From an uncultured Bdellovibrionales bacterium (GTDB lineage: Bacteria > Patescibacteriota > Minisyncoccia > Moranbacterales > UBA1568): 51,546 nt of DNA. The position numbers and the translations under genes were made by a program. Every line of letters starts with the position of its first letter. Position 1 is the stretch's first letter. Below the pieces are notes generated by a model that ran no database searches, had not been told where the DNA came from, and was given only the letters and a program-made list of their open reading frames with translations. Positions 26,861 through 36,600 of this stretch are shown here, piece by piece. The stretch covers positions 6,096 to 57,641 of the forward strand of contig CAZTYU010000005.1 in NCBI GenBank assembly GCA_964617535.1, read 5' to 3'.

Positions 26861-28087
26861 ATGTTGAATCCCGAACACATCCGAAAAGATTTCCCGATCT
26901 ACGAATCCCAGCCGGATCTCGTCTACCTTGATTCGGCCGCAACTGCCCTCAAACCAAAGGCGGTCATCGATGCGATGAACGGCTACTACTTCGAGTATTC
27001 CGCAAACATCGCCCGAGGACTGTACCCGCTGGCCGAAGGCGCAACCACGGCGTTTGAAAAGGCACGAGAAACCGTGGCTCGCTTTGTCTCGGCAGAAGCA
27101 AAAGAATCAGTCATCTTTACGGCCAATGCGACCCACGCCATCAATCTGGTCGCGCTCGGGCTCGAAACATCCATAGAACAAAGGGGCAATATCGTCGTGA
27201 CCGAACTCGAACACCATTCGAACTATCTCCCCTGGAAAGAGCTCGCTCGTCGCAGCGGCGCCGAGCTTCGGGCAGCGCGTTTCACGGACGACGGCGAGAT
27301 CGACCAAACACATCTCGCTACGCTCATCGACGAAAACACAACCATCTTCGCCTTTTCAGCCGTCTCGAACGTCTTCGGCATCATCAATCCGGTCGCCCAA
27401 ATCATCCAGTCGGTCCGAACAATCAACTCGGGCGTACTTGTCCTCGTCGATGCCTGCCAAGCTGCTGGACATATTCTGACGAGCCTCCGAGACTGGGATG
27501 CAGATTATATCGTCTTTTCCGGCCACAAACTCTTCGGTCCGACCGGTATCGGCGTACTTACGGGAAAACAGAAATCGCTGGAACGTCTCGTCCCGGTGAC
27601 TGTCGGCGGCGGCACAGTACTCGACGCGTGCAGCACTGTCACCGAATACAAGAAACTCCCTGAGAATCTTGAGGGCGGGACGCCGAATATCGCCGGCGCC
27701 ATCGGTCTCATGAAAGCGATCGAATACGTAGGGTCGCTCGGGCTCGAATCCATCCACGCTCATGAAACAGCGCTCGCTCAGTATGCGATCCGGCGGCTGA
27801 CGGAGACGTTTGGCGAGTATATCCATATGCTCGGAACAGACGACGCCGCGCGCCGCGCCGGGATCATCGCATTTTCACTCGATGGGATCCATCCGCATGA
27901 CCTCGCCCACCTCCTCGGTGAAGAGAGCATCTGCATTCGAGCTGGCGAACACTGTGCCTCCCCGCTCCACCGCCGACTCGGACTCAGCGCGACGAGCCGC
28001 TTATCACTCTCGATCTACTCGACCGAAGCCGACATTGAACGACTGATCACCACGATGGCAAAAATCTATCGAATTTTCAAGCGCTAG
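26861..28087 (+). CDS. sufS: Cysteine desulfurase SufS (class V aminotransferase)
   Basis: 408 aa. Contains the PLP-lysine motif FSGHKLFGPTGIGVL and the catalytic-Cys loop RAGEHCASPL, and sits within the suf operon. Confidence 0.92.
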   Translation: MLNPEHIRKDFPIYESQPDLVYLDSAATALKPKAVIDAMNGYYFEYSANIARGLYPLAEGATTAFEKARETVARFVSAEAKESVIFTANATHAINLVALGLETSIEQRGNIVVTELEHHSNYLPWKELARRSGAELRAARFTDDGEIDQTHLATLIDENTTIFAFSAVSNVFGIINPVAQIIQSVRTINSGVLVLVDACQAAGHILTSLRDWDADYIVFSGHKLFGPTGIGVLTGKQKSLERLVPVTVGGGTVLDACSTVTEYKKLPENLEGGTPNIAGAIGLMKAIEYVGSLGLESIHAHETALAQYAIRRLTETFGEYIHMLGTDDAARRAGIIAFSLDGIHPHDLAHLLGEESICIRAGEHCASPLHRRLGLSATSRLSLSIYSTEADIERLITTMAKIYRIFKR

Positions 28088-28090
28088 CCT

Positions 28091-28456
28091 ATGACGCTCT
28101 ATCAAGACCAGATTCTCGATCACTATCGCAATCCGCGGAATTTCGGATCACTGCCGCATGCCACCCATCATGCCGGAGCGAAGAATCCGACCTGCGGCGA
28201 CTCCCTCCAGATGGACATCGCCGTTCAAAATGGTACTATTTCCGATGTGAGGTTTACTGGCAGCGGCTGTGCCATCTCCCAAGCTTCGGCTTCGCTCCTC
28301 TCGGAAGCAATCCGGGGTGAACGTGTGGAAGATGCGCTCGCGCTCAAACCGGAAGCCGTGCTGAAGCTCCTCGGCGTCCCGCTCTCGCCGGGTCGGATGA
28401 AGTGCGGGCTCCTCTCGCTCGAAACGCTCCATAAAACACTCACAAGTAAACAATAA
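28091..28456 (+). CDS. sufU: SufU/IscU-type sulfur-transfer/scaffold protein
   Basis: 121 aa. YRNPRNFG, NPTCGDSL, GSGCAISQASAS and RMKCGLLSLETL are NifU_N/SufU motifs. Confidence 0.9.
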   Translation: MTLYQDQILDHYRNPRNFGSLPHATHHAGAKNPTCGDSLQMDIAVQNGTISDVRFTGSGCAISQASASLLSEAIRGERVEDALALKPEAVLKLLGVPLSPGRMKCGLLSLETLHKTLTSKQ

Positions 28457-28472
28457 TTAGCACATTTGTCCT

Positions 28473-28742
28473 ATGGCTTGGAAAGATGAAGTAAAGCCCG
28501 CTGGTCCGGTAACCCTGTCGAATGGCTGGATCGTCGAAGTCGATCACGGCGTCTGCATCGGTGCAGCTCCCTGCACTGCCATGGCTCCAAATACCTTCGC
28601 CCTCGATGACGGCGGTAAGGCAGCCATCCTCTCGACGGTCGACGCTGATGATCAGGAAACTATCCTGAACGCGGCACGCGGCTGTCCGGTCGCAGCCATC
28701 CGCATCAAAGACGCCTCCGGTAAGCAGATTTTCCCCGAGTAA
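28473..28742 (+). CDS. Small single-cluster ferredoxin (three-Cys pattern, possibly [3Fe-4S])
   Basis: 89 aa with CIGAAPC...GCPVAAI. This follows the Cys-x5-Cys...Cys-Pro layout of Pyrococcus-type single-cluster ferredoxins, with Ala at the position of the fourth ligand. Confidence 0.75.
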   Translation: MAWKDEVKPAGPVTLSNGWIVEVDHGVCIGAAPCTAMAPNTFALDDGGKAAILSTVDADDQETILNAARGCPVAAIRIKDASGKQIFPE

Positions 28743-28762
28743 TATTTCCCTCTCGCTGAAAA

Positions 28763-28792
28763 GGAATCGGGCGTCCGCCTGGTTCCTTTTTT
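28763..28792 (+). terminator. Hairpin plus U-tract between ferredoxin and sufT (terminator or attenuator)
   Basis: GGAATCGGGCG-TC-CGCCTGGTTCC forms an 11-bp stem with 2 mismatches, followed by TTTTTT. It ends 10 nt before the sufT ATG. Confidence 0.45.
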
Positions 28793-28801
28793 CTCCCCTC
28801 T

Positions 28802-29125
28802 ATGCCAAAAGTCGCAGAGAAGACATCTATCGAGACCAAGGTGCGCGAAAAGCTTCACCTCGTACTTGATCCTGAACTCGGCATCTCTATTGTCGAACTC
28901 GGACTCATCTACGGGATCGCCGTCGACAGCGAGGGGAAATGCACGATCACGATGACGCTGACCACCATGGGTTGCCCCCTCTTCGGACAGATCCAGAAAG
29001 AGATCGAGGACCGGGTGATGGAGCTCGAAACCATCGAAGACGTCGAAACCGTGCTCACATTCGATCCGCCGTGGACGATTGCCCGCATGACGCCCGAAGC
29101 AAAAATCCAGCTCGGGCTCGACTGA
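28802..29125 (+). CDS. sufT: DUF59/MIP18-family Fe-S assembly protein (SufT-like)
   Basis: 107 aa. VLDPELGISIVELGLIYGI...TMTLTTMGCPLFGQI is the hallmark of the DUF59 family. Confidence 0.85.
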   Translation: MPKVAEKTSIETKVREKLHLVLDPELGISIVELGLIYGIAVDSEGKCTITMTLTTMGCPLFGQIQKEIEDRVMELETIEDVETVLTFDPPWTIARMTPEAKIQLGLD

Positions 29126-29133
29126 CAGGAATT

Positions 29134-29169
29134 AAAAAAACCGCCCCTCAATCCCGAGGAGCGGTTTTT
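29134..29169. terminator. Bidirectional rho-independent terminator between convergent sufT and OFOR-beta
   Basis: AAAAAAA-CCGCCCCTC-AATCCC-GAGGAGCGG-TTTTT forms a 9-bp stem with one mismatch. An A-tract lies on one side and a T-tract on the other. Confidence 0.65.
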
Positions 29170-29171
29170 GT

Positions 29172-30029
29172 TTATTGATACTGTTTGAGCAGGAGGTCGA
29201 GTTTCTTCTGATCGAGTGCACGTTCATAGAGCGGGTCAGCCCCTTCACGCACGACCCCCTCATAGCTCGGACGACCGGTTTCCTGATACAGGATGCCGAG
29301 CGCCAGCCGCTCCGTATCAAGCGCGATACCGAGCGCTTTGGATCTGTCGCTTTTGTCGTGCTCCGGACCGAGGTAGTAGGTATGATCCCGAAACCACTGA
29401 AACGTATTCTGCTTGTTAAAGACAACGCAGGGCTGGAAGACATCGACGAGCGCATAGCCCTGGTGCTGAATCGCTGCCTTGATGATTTCCTTGGCCTGTG
29501 GGATATCACCCGAGAAAGCGCGGGCGACAAAAGTCGCGCCGGCTGAAATCGCGATCGCCATCGGATTGAACGGCTCGAGCATGACGCCATCCACCTGAAC
29601 CGGCGTCTGCATCCCCTTTTCGGACGTCGGCGACGCCTGGCCCTTGGTGAGGCCGTAAATCATGTTGTCATGAACGATATTGGTGATATCGGGATTGCGC
29701 CGGATCGTATGCAGAAAATGATTCCCGCCCTCACCATAGGTATCACCATCGCCGGATTCCGCAATGACCGTCAGTTTCGGATTCGCCGTCTTGATCGCGA
29801 TCGCCGGCGGCAGCGCCCGGCCGTGAAGCCCGTTGAAATAATGGACTCGGAGATAGTGCGGCGTCTTAGCTGCTTGGCCGATACCCGAGCAGATCACCAC
29901 GTCGGTCGGGAGTATGTCCATCTCCGCGAGCACGCCTTTCACGATGTTCAGAATCGGGAAATTGCCGCAGCCCGGACACCAGGCCATGTCGGTTCCATGC
30001 GGCATGTCATAGAGCTTTTTGTCGATCAT
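29172..30029 (-). CDS. 2-oxoacid:ferredoxin oxidoreductase, beta (TPP-binding) subunit
   Basis: 285 aa. Contains [11 protein letters not shown] and the TPP motif [13 protein letters not shown]. Its start overlaps the alpha-subunit stop by 4 nt. Substrate (pyruvate or 2-oxoglutarate) cannot be decided by eye. Confidence 0.9.
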   Translation of the reverse strand: MIDKKLYDMPHGTDMAWCPGCGNFPILNIVKGVLAEMDILPTDVVICSGIGQAAKTPHYLRVHYFNGLHGRALPPAIAIKTANPKLTVIAESGDGDTYGEGGNHFLHTIRRNPDITNIVHDNMIYGLTKGQASPTSEKGMQTPVQVDGVMLEPFNPMAIAISAGATFVARAFSGDIPQAKEIIKAAIQHQGYALVDVFQPCVVFNKQNTFQWFRDHTYYLGPEHDKSDRSKALGIALDTERLALGILYQETGRPSYEGVVREGADPLYERALDQKKLDLLLKQYQ

Positions 30030-31726
30030 AGCTTTGCCAAACGTTTAGTCAGTGTTTCGACAGAAAACGGATTCCCATCGGACTGGAGAATGCGATGAGT
30101 CACCTCGATACCATATTCCCGCCCGAGGAGGTCAGCGAACTGTCCGCTGGCATTGTTCTCAACGACGACGACCTTTTCAGCTTTCGCCAAAAGTTTTTTC
30201 CCCTCAGCCGGTAGCGGGTAGACCTGAGGGAAATGGACATGGCCGAACTTTTCACTACCGATACGGCCCATCACCTCTTGGACGACACCAAAATTTGACC
30301 CCCAGGTAACGACGAGTGTTTTTGCCTTCTTCGCTGTCGCGGAAATAACCGGCGGCAGCGCCTCGCTCGCGATACCCTCATGTTTCTTCAGTCGCTTGCC
30401 ATGCTGCTCACGCCGAACGGCAGCGCTCTCCGTAATATGGCCGAGGGTATCATGCTCGTCGGAATCAACGCCGACCAGTCCGGCACCGTATCCCGGGACA
30501 CCACGCGGTGAAATGCCGTCCTCAGCGAGCGTGTAGCGTTCATAGCTCGCCCCCGTCTTTACGATATGCGGCTTATTCGATGCCGCCCTGAGCTCCTTCA
30601 GCGACACGACCGTCACGGAATCGAGGAAGTATTGGTCAGTCAGGACAAACACCGGGATCTGATACTTGTCAGCGATCCGGAACGCCTCGGTCATCAGGTG
30701 ATATGCCTCCTCCGGCGTCCCGGGTGCATAGATCGCTCGAGGAAACTCGCCGTGACCGGCATAGAGGACGAGGTTGAGATCGGCCTGCTCCGTACGAGTT
30801 GGCAGTCCGGTCGCCGGCCCCGGCCGCATCCCGACATGCACGACGATCGGCGTCTCGATCATCCCGGCGAGACTGATACCCTCGCACATGAGCGCGAAAC
30901 CGCCGCCCGACGTCGTCACGACCGCGCGCGCACCGGCGTACCAGGCCCCGAGCCCCTGATTGATCGCTGCGATCTCATCTTCGGCCTGATCAACGACGAT
31001 GCCAAAGTCTTTCTTGTGCGCTGCAAGAAACGTGAGGAGTCCTGTTCCCGGCGACATGGGGTAGGAACTGATGTAGTTGCAGCCGGCCGCCAGCGTCCCG
31101 AGGCCTACGCTCTCCATGCCGTCGAGGAGAAGCATTCCATCAGTCGGTGCCGTTCTCGGAACGGAAATCTCGACTCCCTCGAGGAAAGAAATATGCGTTC
31201 CATGGACATAGCCTTTTTTCGCTGCCTCAATGTTCTTGGCCACCACTTCTTCGCCTTTTCGGGCGAAATGCGCCCGGAGAAAATCATGGAAAACCTCCTC
31301 CTCGGCGCGAAGCATGCCAAGCACGACGCCGACCGCAACGGTACTGGTATAGATCGGATGGCCGAGTTCGGTCGCAAACCGGGTAAACGGAACATCGACG
31401 ACCCGGCACTCCGTATCGCAGACCTTGGCCTTCTCCCCGATGATGACCGTCCCCTTGGAAATTCGGTGTTCGAGGTGTGGGACGACATTCTTATCAAGCG
31501 CAAAAAGGAGGTCGATACGATCGACATAGGCGCGCCGCTTTTCCGAAGTGAGCCGGATCTCGGTTGAATTGCTCCCCCCGCGAATCCGAGACATGTATTC
31601 CTTGGAAGCGAAGACGTGGTAGCCCTCTTTCTTGAGCACCTGCACGAGGAGCGTCTCGACGGTCTGCACCCCCTGCCCAGCCGCGCCGCCGAGCACTATG
31701 GAAATATCGCCAGTAAACCGATGCAT
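30026..31726 (-). CDS. 2-oxoacid:ferredoxin oxidoreductase, fused gamma-alpha subunit
   Basis: 566 aa. The N-terminal POR gamma domain ([19 protein letters not shown]) is followed by the alpha pyrimidine-binding domain ([12 protein letters not shown], ...[27 protein letters not shown]). Confidence 0.9.
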   Translation of the reverse strand: MHRFTGDISIVLGGAAGQGVQTVETLLVQVLKKEGYHVFASKEYMSRIRGGSNSTEIRLTSEKRRAYVDRIDLLFALDKNVVPHLEHRISKGTVIIGEKAKVCDTECRVVDVPFTRFATELGHPIYTSTVAVGVVLGMLRAEEEVFHDFLRAHFARKGEEVVAKNIEAAKKGYVHGTHISFLEGVEISVPRTAPTDGMLLLDGMESVGLGTLAAGCNYISSYPMSPGTGLLTFLAAHKKDFGIVVDQAEDEIAAINQGLGAWYAGARAVVTTSGGGFALMCEGISLAGMIETPIVVHVGMRPGPATGLPTRTEQADLNLVLYAGHGEFPRAIYAPGTPEEAYHLMTEAFRIADKYQIPVFVLTDQYFLDSVTVVSLKELRAASNKPHIVKTGASYERYTLAEDGISPRGVPGYGAGLVGVDSDEHDTLGHITESAAVRREQHGKRLKKHEGIASEALPPVISATAKKAKTLVVTWGSNFGVVQEVMGRIGSEKFGHVHFPQVYPLPAEGKKLLAKAEKVVVVENNASGQFADLLGREYGIEVTHRILQSDGNPFSVETLTKRLAKL

Positions 31727-31775
31727 GATGAAAGTGTGTCTTTGTTTTTGTACTCCCAGTATAGCAGAACCGGCA

Positions 31776-31988
31776 TCACGAGGCTGTGCCGTCGAGTTCT
31801 TTCTTCACGATCTGGAATTCATTCTCCACCTCGCGAAGACGTTCCTTGCTCGACTTCACGAGCGCGACGCCTTCTTTCACTTTCTCGAGTGCCTTCTCTA
31901 CGTCGATTTCCTCCTGGCTTTCGAACCACTCCGTAATCCCTTCGAGTTTTTTGAGCGCTTCGCCGAGCGATTCTTTCTTGTTCGTCAT
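31776..31988 (-). CDS. xseB: Exodeoxyribonuclease VII small subunit
   Basis: 70 aa. LGEALKKLEGITEWFESQEEIDVEKALEKVKEGVALVKSSKERL is the typical XseB helical hairpin. It lies directly downstream of xseA. Confidence 0.88.
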   Translation of the reverse strand: MTNKKESLGEALKKLEGITEWFESQEEIDVEKALEKVKEGVALVKSSKERLREVENEFQIVKKELDGTAS

Positions 31989-31990
31989 AG

Positions 31991-33514
31991 CTATTCCGTT
32001 ATCCCTGTTATTTCTGATTCTATACTGCCTTGGCCCAGTTGTATATCGATTCGATCTCCAAGCGCCACCCCATCCGTACCACGAATGATCCGCCCTTCTT
32101 TGCGTACCAAACTATAGCCGAGCTGAAGCACCCGCACCGGATCATACTGCCGGAGCTGTGCTTCAGCTGCCTTCACCCGGTCGCGAGCGTTCGCTATGGC
32201 AGCCTCGGTCCTCGCACGCCAGAGCGCTCCATCGGAATCGAGTCGGGCGATCGTCCGGCGGCAGTACTCGGGAAATAGCGCGGCGGCTTCACGAAACGCC
32301 GCCTGTACCAAGCCTACTCGATCGAGGATGTTGTCGAGGGCTTGGCGGAGTGACTCTTCGCCGATCCGTACTCGCTCATGGACGAGCATGCGAAATTCCT
32401 GCATCACCCTCGAGAGCGCCGAGGCGTGCTTGCCGAGACTCGCGCGCGCCTCGTCCCAAGAACTGGAAAGATATCGAGCCGTCGCCGTCGGTGTCGAGAC
32501 CATATGATCAGCGGCAAGTGCGGCGAGCGAGACGTCGCGTTCATGACCGATACCAGCGAGGATCGGAATTCGGGATAAGATGATCTCCTGCACGAGCGCC
32601 TCGGTATTGAATGCTTGGAGGCTTTCGAGGCTACCGCCGCCACGGATGATGACGAGCACGTCGTAGCGCTCCGGGACGCGATTGAAGTAGCGGATCGCTT
32701 CGATGATATCAAAGACTGCTTTTTTCCCTTCGACGAGCGTCGGAAAAAAATCGACGCGCATCCCGGACCGGACGAGATTCATGGTGAAGTCACCGATCGC
32801 CGCTCCTTGTTCAGAAGTGATGAGCGCGATTCGTTCGGGGAAAGCCGGTATCGGCCGTTTCCGTTCGAGAGAAAAAGTACCGGCGAGCTCGAGTTTCTTA
32901 TAGAGCGCATCATACGCTTTCTTCAGTTCCCCTTCGCCGGCATATTCGATCACGCCGACTTTCAGGCTGAGCCGACCAGACGGCTTGTAGATATCCGGCA
33001 CGCCCTCGACGATCACTTCGTCACCAATCGCAAGTGTGATCCCCGACACCTCATATTGGTAGCGAAAGATGAGACAAGACAGCACGCTCTCGTCCTCGGC
33101 ATCTTTCAGTGTGAAATACACCACGCGCTCACGGATATCGAGGCTCGAGACTTCGCCCCGGAGCCGGGCGGCCATGCCAGAGAGCTCAATGTTGAGGCTA
33201 TCGAGAAACTGCGAGACGGACAGCGGCTCGGATGACGATGTCTCCAGTTCAGCAGCGGAAACGACCTCCGATTCCAGGAGCGGACCCTCTTGACCAGCAA
33301 TCTCTGCAATCATCGCAAGGAGTGTTTTCCCATATTTTCGGTACTTCGCATCCTTGATCCCCTTCACCTGGCAGAGTGCGTCTTTGTCACGCGGAAGTGT
33401 CCGGACCAGCTCTTCGAGCGCGGCGTTGTTGAGGACACGGTAGCCCTCCACCCCCTCTACCCGTGCCTGCTCATCACGCCAGGCCCGGAGCGCATTCAGT
33501 AATTCGTAATTCAT
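31991..33514 (-). CDS. xseA: Exodeoxyribonuclease VII large subunit with an N-terminal HRDC domain
   Basis: The XseA core has an OB fold (LSVSQFLDSLN...VVYFTLKD), a catalytic region (IALITSEQGAAIGDF, IIRGGGSLESL, GIGHERD) and a coiled-coil tail. It is preceded by about 70 aa that are HRDC-like (LLNALRAWRDEQARVEGVEGYRVLNNAALEELV...VKGIKDAKYRKYGKTLL). I prefer the ATG at 33514 to the GTG at 33535. Confidence 0.88.
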   Translation of the reverse strand: MNYELLNALRAWRDEQARVEGVEGYRVLNNAALEELVRTLPRDKDALCQVKGIKDAKYRKYGKTLLAMIAEIAGQEGPLLESEVVSAAELETSSSEPLSVSQFLDSLNIELSGMAARLRGEVSSLDIRERVVYFTLKDAEDESVLSCLIFRYQYEVSGITLAIGDEVIVEGVPDIYKPSGRLSLKVGVIEYAGEGELKKAYDALYKKLELAGTFSLERKRPIPAFPERIALITSEQGAAIGDFTMNLVRSGMRVDFFPTLVEGKKAVFDIIEAIRYFNRVPERYDVLVIIRGGGSLESLQAFNTEALVQEIILSRIPILAGIGHERDVSLAALAADHMVSTPTATARYLSSSWDEARASLGKHASALSRVMQEFRMLVHERVRIGEESLRQALDNILDRVGLVQAAFREAAALFPEYCRRTIARLDSDGALWRARTEAAIANARDRVKAAEAQLRQYDPVRVLQLGYSLVRKEGRIIRGTDGVALGDRIDIQLGQGSIESEITGITE

Positions 33515-33618
33515 AGCCGGTTCACAATATTCCACACTGCGCTAATACCGCTTCTCTAGTATACAGGGTACGCTTTGTATTCTTTTATCAGATCAAGATC
33601 GAGACTTTCCAAATATGT

Positions 33619-33643
33619 AAAAAGAGGGTAATCTCCTCTTTTT
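33619..33643 (-). terminator. AT-rich hairpin after the pilin-fusion gene (possible terminator)
   Basis: AAAAAGAGG-GTAATCT-CCTCTTTTT is a perfect 9-bp inverted repeat, 30 nt after the stop at 33674. The stem is GC-poor. Confidence 0.4.
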
Positions 33644-33673
33644 ACAGGTCGTCCACAACATTTAGTCGCCGGC

Positions 33674-36600
33674 CTACTTCGGCACGAGGCTACAATCCTG
33701 GCTATTGATATTCGTACTCCAGCCATTGATTCCAGCACCATTGTTTCGTACGTAACTGCCGGGACCGATAACATTGTTCCGGATGGTGATGTCCCGGAAA
33801 TAGTAGTTCCCCGGATCCGACCCATTATCCTCCGGATTACCGACATAATTGTATGCCTGGATACCGGCCGTAAAGCAGTTCTTTTCGATGATGACATTGC
33901 CGAAGCTTCCGAACACACCTGCTGGGACACCGTTTGTCTGACGGACGGTATTGCGCGCGATATAGTTGTTGCTTCCCGGATCCCTCGGATTGCCGTCTTG
34001 CGGCGTATCAGCCGCGTCGCCGATCGTGAATGCTGCCCCGGTCGGTTCGATGATATTCACGTCGAAGTAATTATCGAGGAACTGCATATTGCTCGACTCG
34101 AATCCGCTGAGGACATCGCTCGGCATCGTGCCACGGATATCATTTCCCTGCGATACCCCTCCATTCACCCAAGAATACTCGATCGCATGATTGTACTTAT
34201 CGGTCGGGCGGATGTTGCGGATCGTATTGTACAGCGTCGAAACGTTGGTCGAGTAGCGAATGCGGATGCCGTGGTTCGCATCGTCGATCGCATTGTGTTC
34301 GACAGTGATGTTGTTCGCTCCGCTCGTGACATTCACCGCCTCGCCACCGCAAGGACCAATCTCTGAATCTCGGATGATTACATTCGACACGCCCGAGACC
34401 GTGATGCAGGCGCCGCCCGGATTGGAAATGCGCATCCCAGCGATCACCTGACCCGAAGAGGCGTTGATCGGACCAGAATTTGTGAAACTCGAGACGCGCG
34501 GACCGGCTGATCCACCAGTTGGCGCTGGAGTAGGCGTCGGCGTGGGTGTCGGAGTAGGCGTCGGTGTTGGGGTCGGTGCAGGACTTCCCCCTCCCGTTAC
34601 CGTGAGCGTCCCGACTTTGTAGCGGTTCGAACCGCTCGGATTGGTGACGCCCGTACCCATCTGAAGCGCCTGGTCAGTCCAAGGGTTGCCGCCTGAGAGA
34701 CCCACCCGGATATCGTACGTTCCTGACGGGAGATCGGCTGGAACCGTCACGTTCCGGACATCGGAAGCGCTCCCTGACCAGGTGGCTGAATTGACGCCGT
34801 GATCATCCACCGAAACGATGGTTGTTCCGTTGTCGAAGTGCATGAACTGGAGTAAATTGTCGGCCATTGCCACGCGATCCCAGTTGAGTGTGATCGAGAT
34901 GGTCTCGCCAGCGGAAGCATTGTACGTGTACGGGGTGGCAGCGTTCACCCGGGTAGTGGTCGGGGCTGGTGTCACGACGCTCTTTCCGGCGCTACAGCTC
35001 GCGGTAGTGCCGCCAGAGAGTCCGGCGCAGGTCCAGGTGTAGCCATCCGTTCCCGTCGCGACGCTCGAAGCGGTGCCTTGGGTGCAGAGATTGGTCGATG
35101 GCGCCACCGGAAACGTTCCGCCATTCGAAACGCCACAGACACCGTTTACCGGAGCCGGAGCAGTCGGAGCGGCCGAGACGAATTGGAACCAGTCGATGTT
35201 GGCGATGCCCGATCCGCCCTGCATGGCGAGGACGACCGTGTGGAGGCCAGTCACGGTCTGCGAGAGGTTGATGGACTGTTCAGTGTACACGAACCAGTCG
35301 CCGGTATTCGCGACGGTGAGCGAGCCGATTTTGGTACCGCCGAGCGAGTCGAGGTAGACATCGATATTCTGCCCGGCGTAATCGGCTGGGACAGCGACGC
35401 GGAACTTCATACCTTTGGCGCCGCCCGTACCGAAATTCACATTGTCGTAGCGGAGCCAGTCGCCGCCGTCGAGGAAGCCGACATGATCAGCCGAAACGGT
35501 TGCCCCCTGCATTCCATCGGCACTTTCAGCCTGCACCGAAGAAAAAGCGCTCCGACCGACCAATCCCCCTCCCGTTACCGTGAGCGTCCCGACTTTGTAG
35601 CGGTTCGAACCGCTCGGATTGGTGACGCCCGTACCCATCTGAAGCGCCTGGTCAGTCCAAGGGTTGCCGCCTGAGAGACCCACCCGGATATCGTACGTTC
35701 CTGACGGGAGATCGGCTGGAACCGTCACGTTCCGGACATCGGAAGCGCTCCCTGACCAGGTGGCTGAATTGACGCCGTGATCATCCACCGAAACGATGGT
35801 TGTTCCGTTGTCGAAGTGCATGAACTGGAGTAAATTGTCGGCCATTGCCACGCGATCCCAGTTGAGTGTGATCGAGATGGTCTCGCCAGCGGAAGCATTG
35901 TACGTGTACGGGGTGGCAGCGTTCACCCGGGTAGTGGTCGGGGCTGGTGTCACGACGCTCTTTCCGGCGCTACAGCTCGCGGTAGTGCCGCCAGAGAGTC
36001 CGGCGCAGGTCCAGGTGTAGCCATCCGTTCCCGTCGCGACGCTCGAAGCGGTGCCTTGGGTGCAGAGATTGGTCGATGGCGCCACCGGAAACGTTCCGCC
36101 ATTCGAAACGCCACAGACACCGTTTACCGGAGCCGGAGCAGTCGGAGCGGCCGAGACGAATTGGAACCAGTCGATGTTGGCGATGCCCGATCCGCCCTGC
36201 ATGGCGAGGACGACCGTGTGGAGGCCAGTCACGGTCTGCGAGAGGTTGATGGACTGTTCAGTGTACACGAACCAGTCGCCGGTATTCGCGACGGTGAGCG
36301 AGCCGATTTTGGTACCGCCGAGCGAGTCGAGGTAGACATCGATATTCTGCCCGGCGTAATCGGCTGGGACAGCGACGCGGAACTTCATACCTTTGGCGCC
36401 GCCCGTACCGAAATTCACATTGTCGTAGCGGAGCCAGTCGCCGCCGTCGAGGAAGCCGACTGAGACATCGATCTTCTCTGCGCCCTGCATACTGTCATAC
36501 CCCTCACCCTGGATAGTCGCGTATGCATCACGGGTAGTCGAAGTATCGACAACCTTCCACTTGTAGACGCTTGTGACTTTCTTTTTGGTCGTAGTCTGCG

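Noticed and set aside
34586-36460. Possible CRISPR array or diversity-generating retroelement template/variable repeat pair
   Set aside because: The repeat period is 978 nt and in-frame coding, not the 25-40 nt of a CRISPR repeat. The two copies are 100 % identical, with no adenine-specific differences. No reverse transcriptase or cas genes are in the window.
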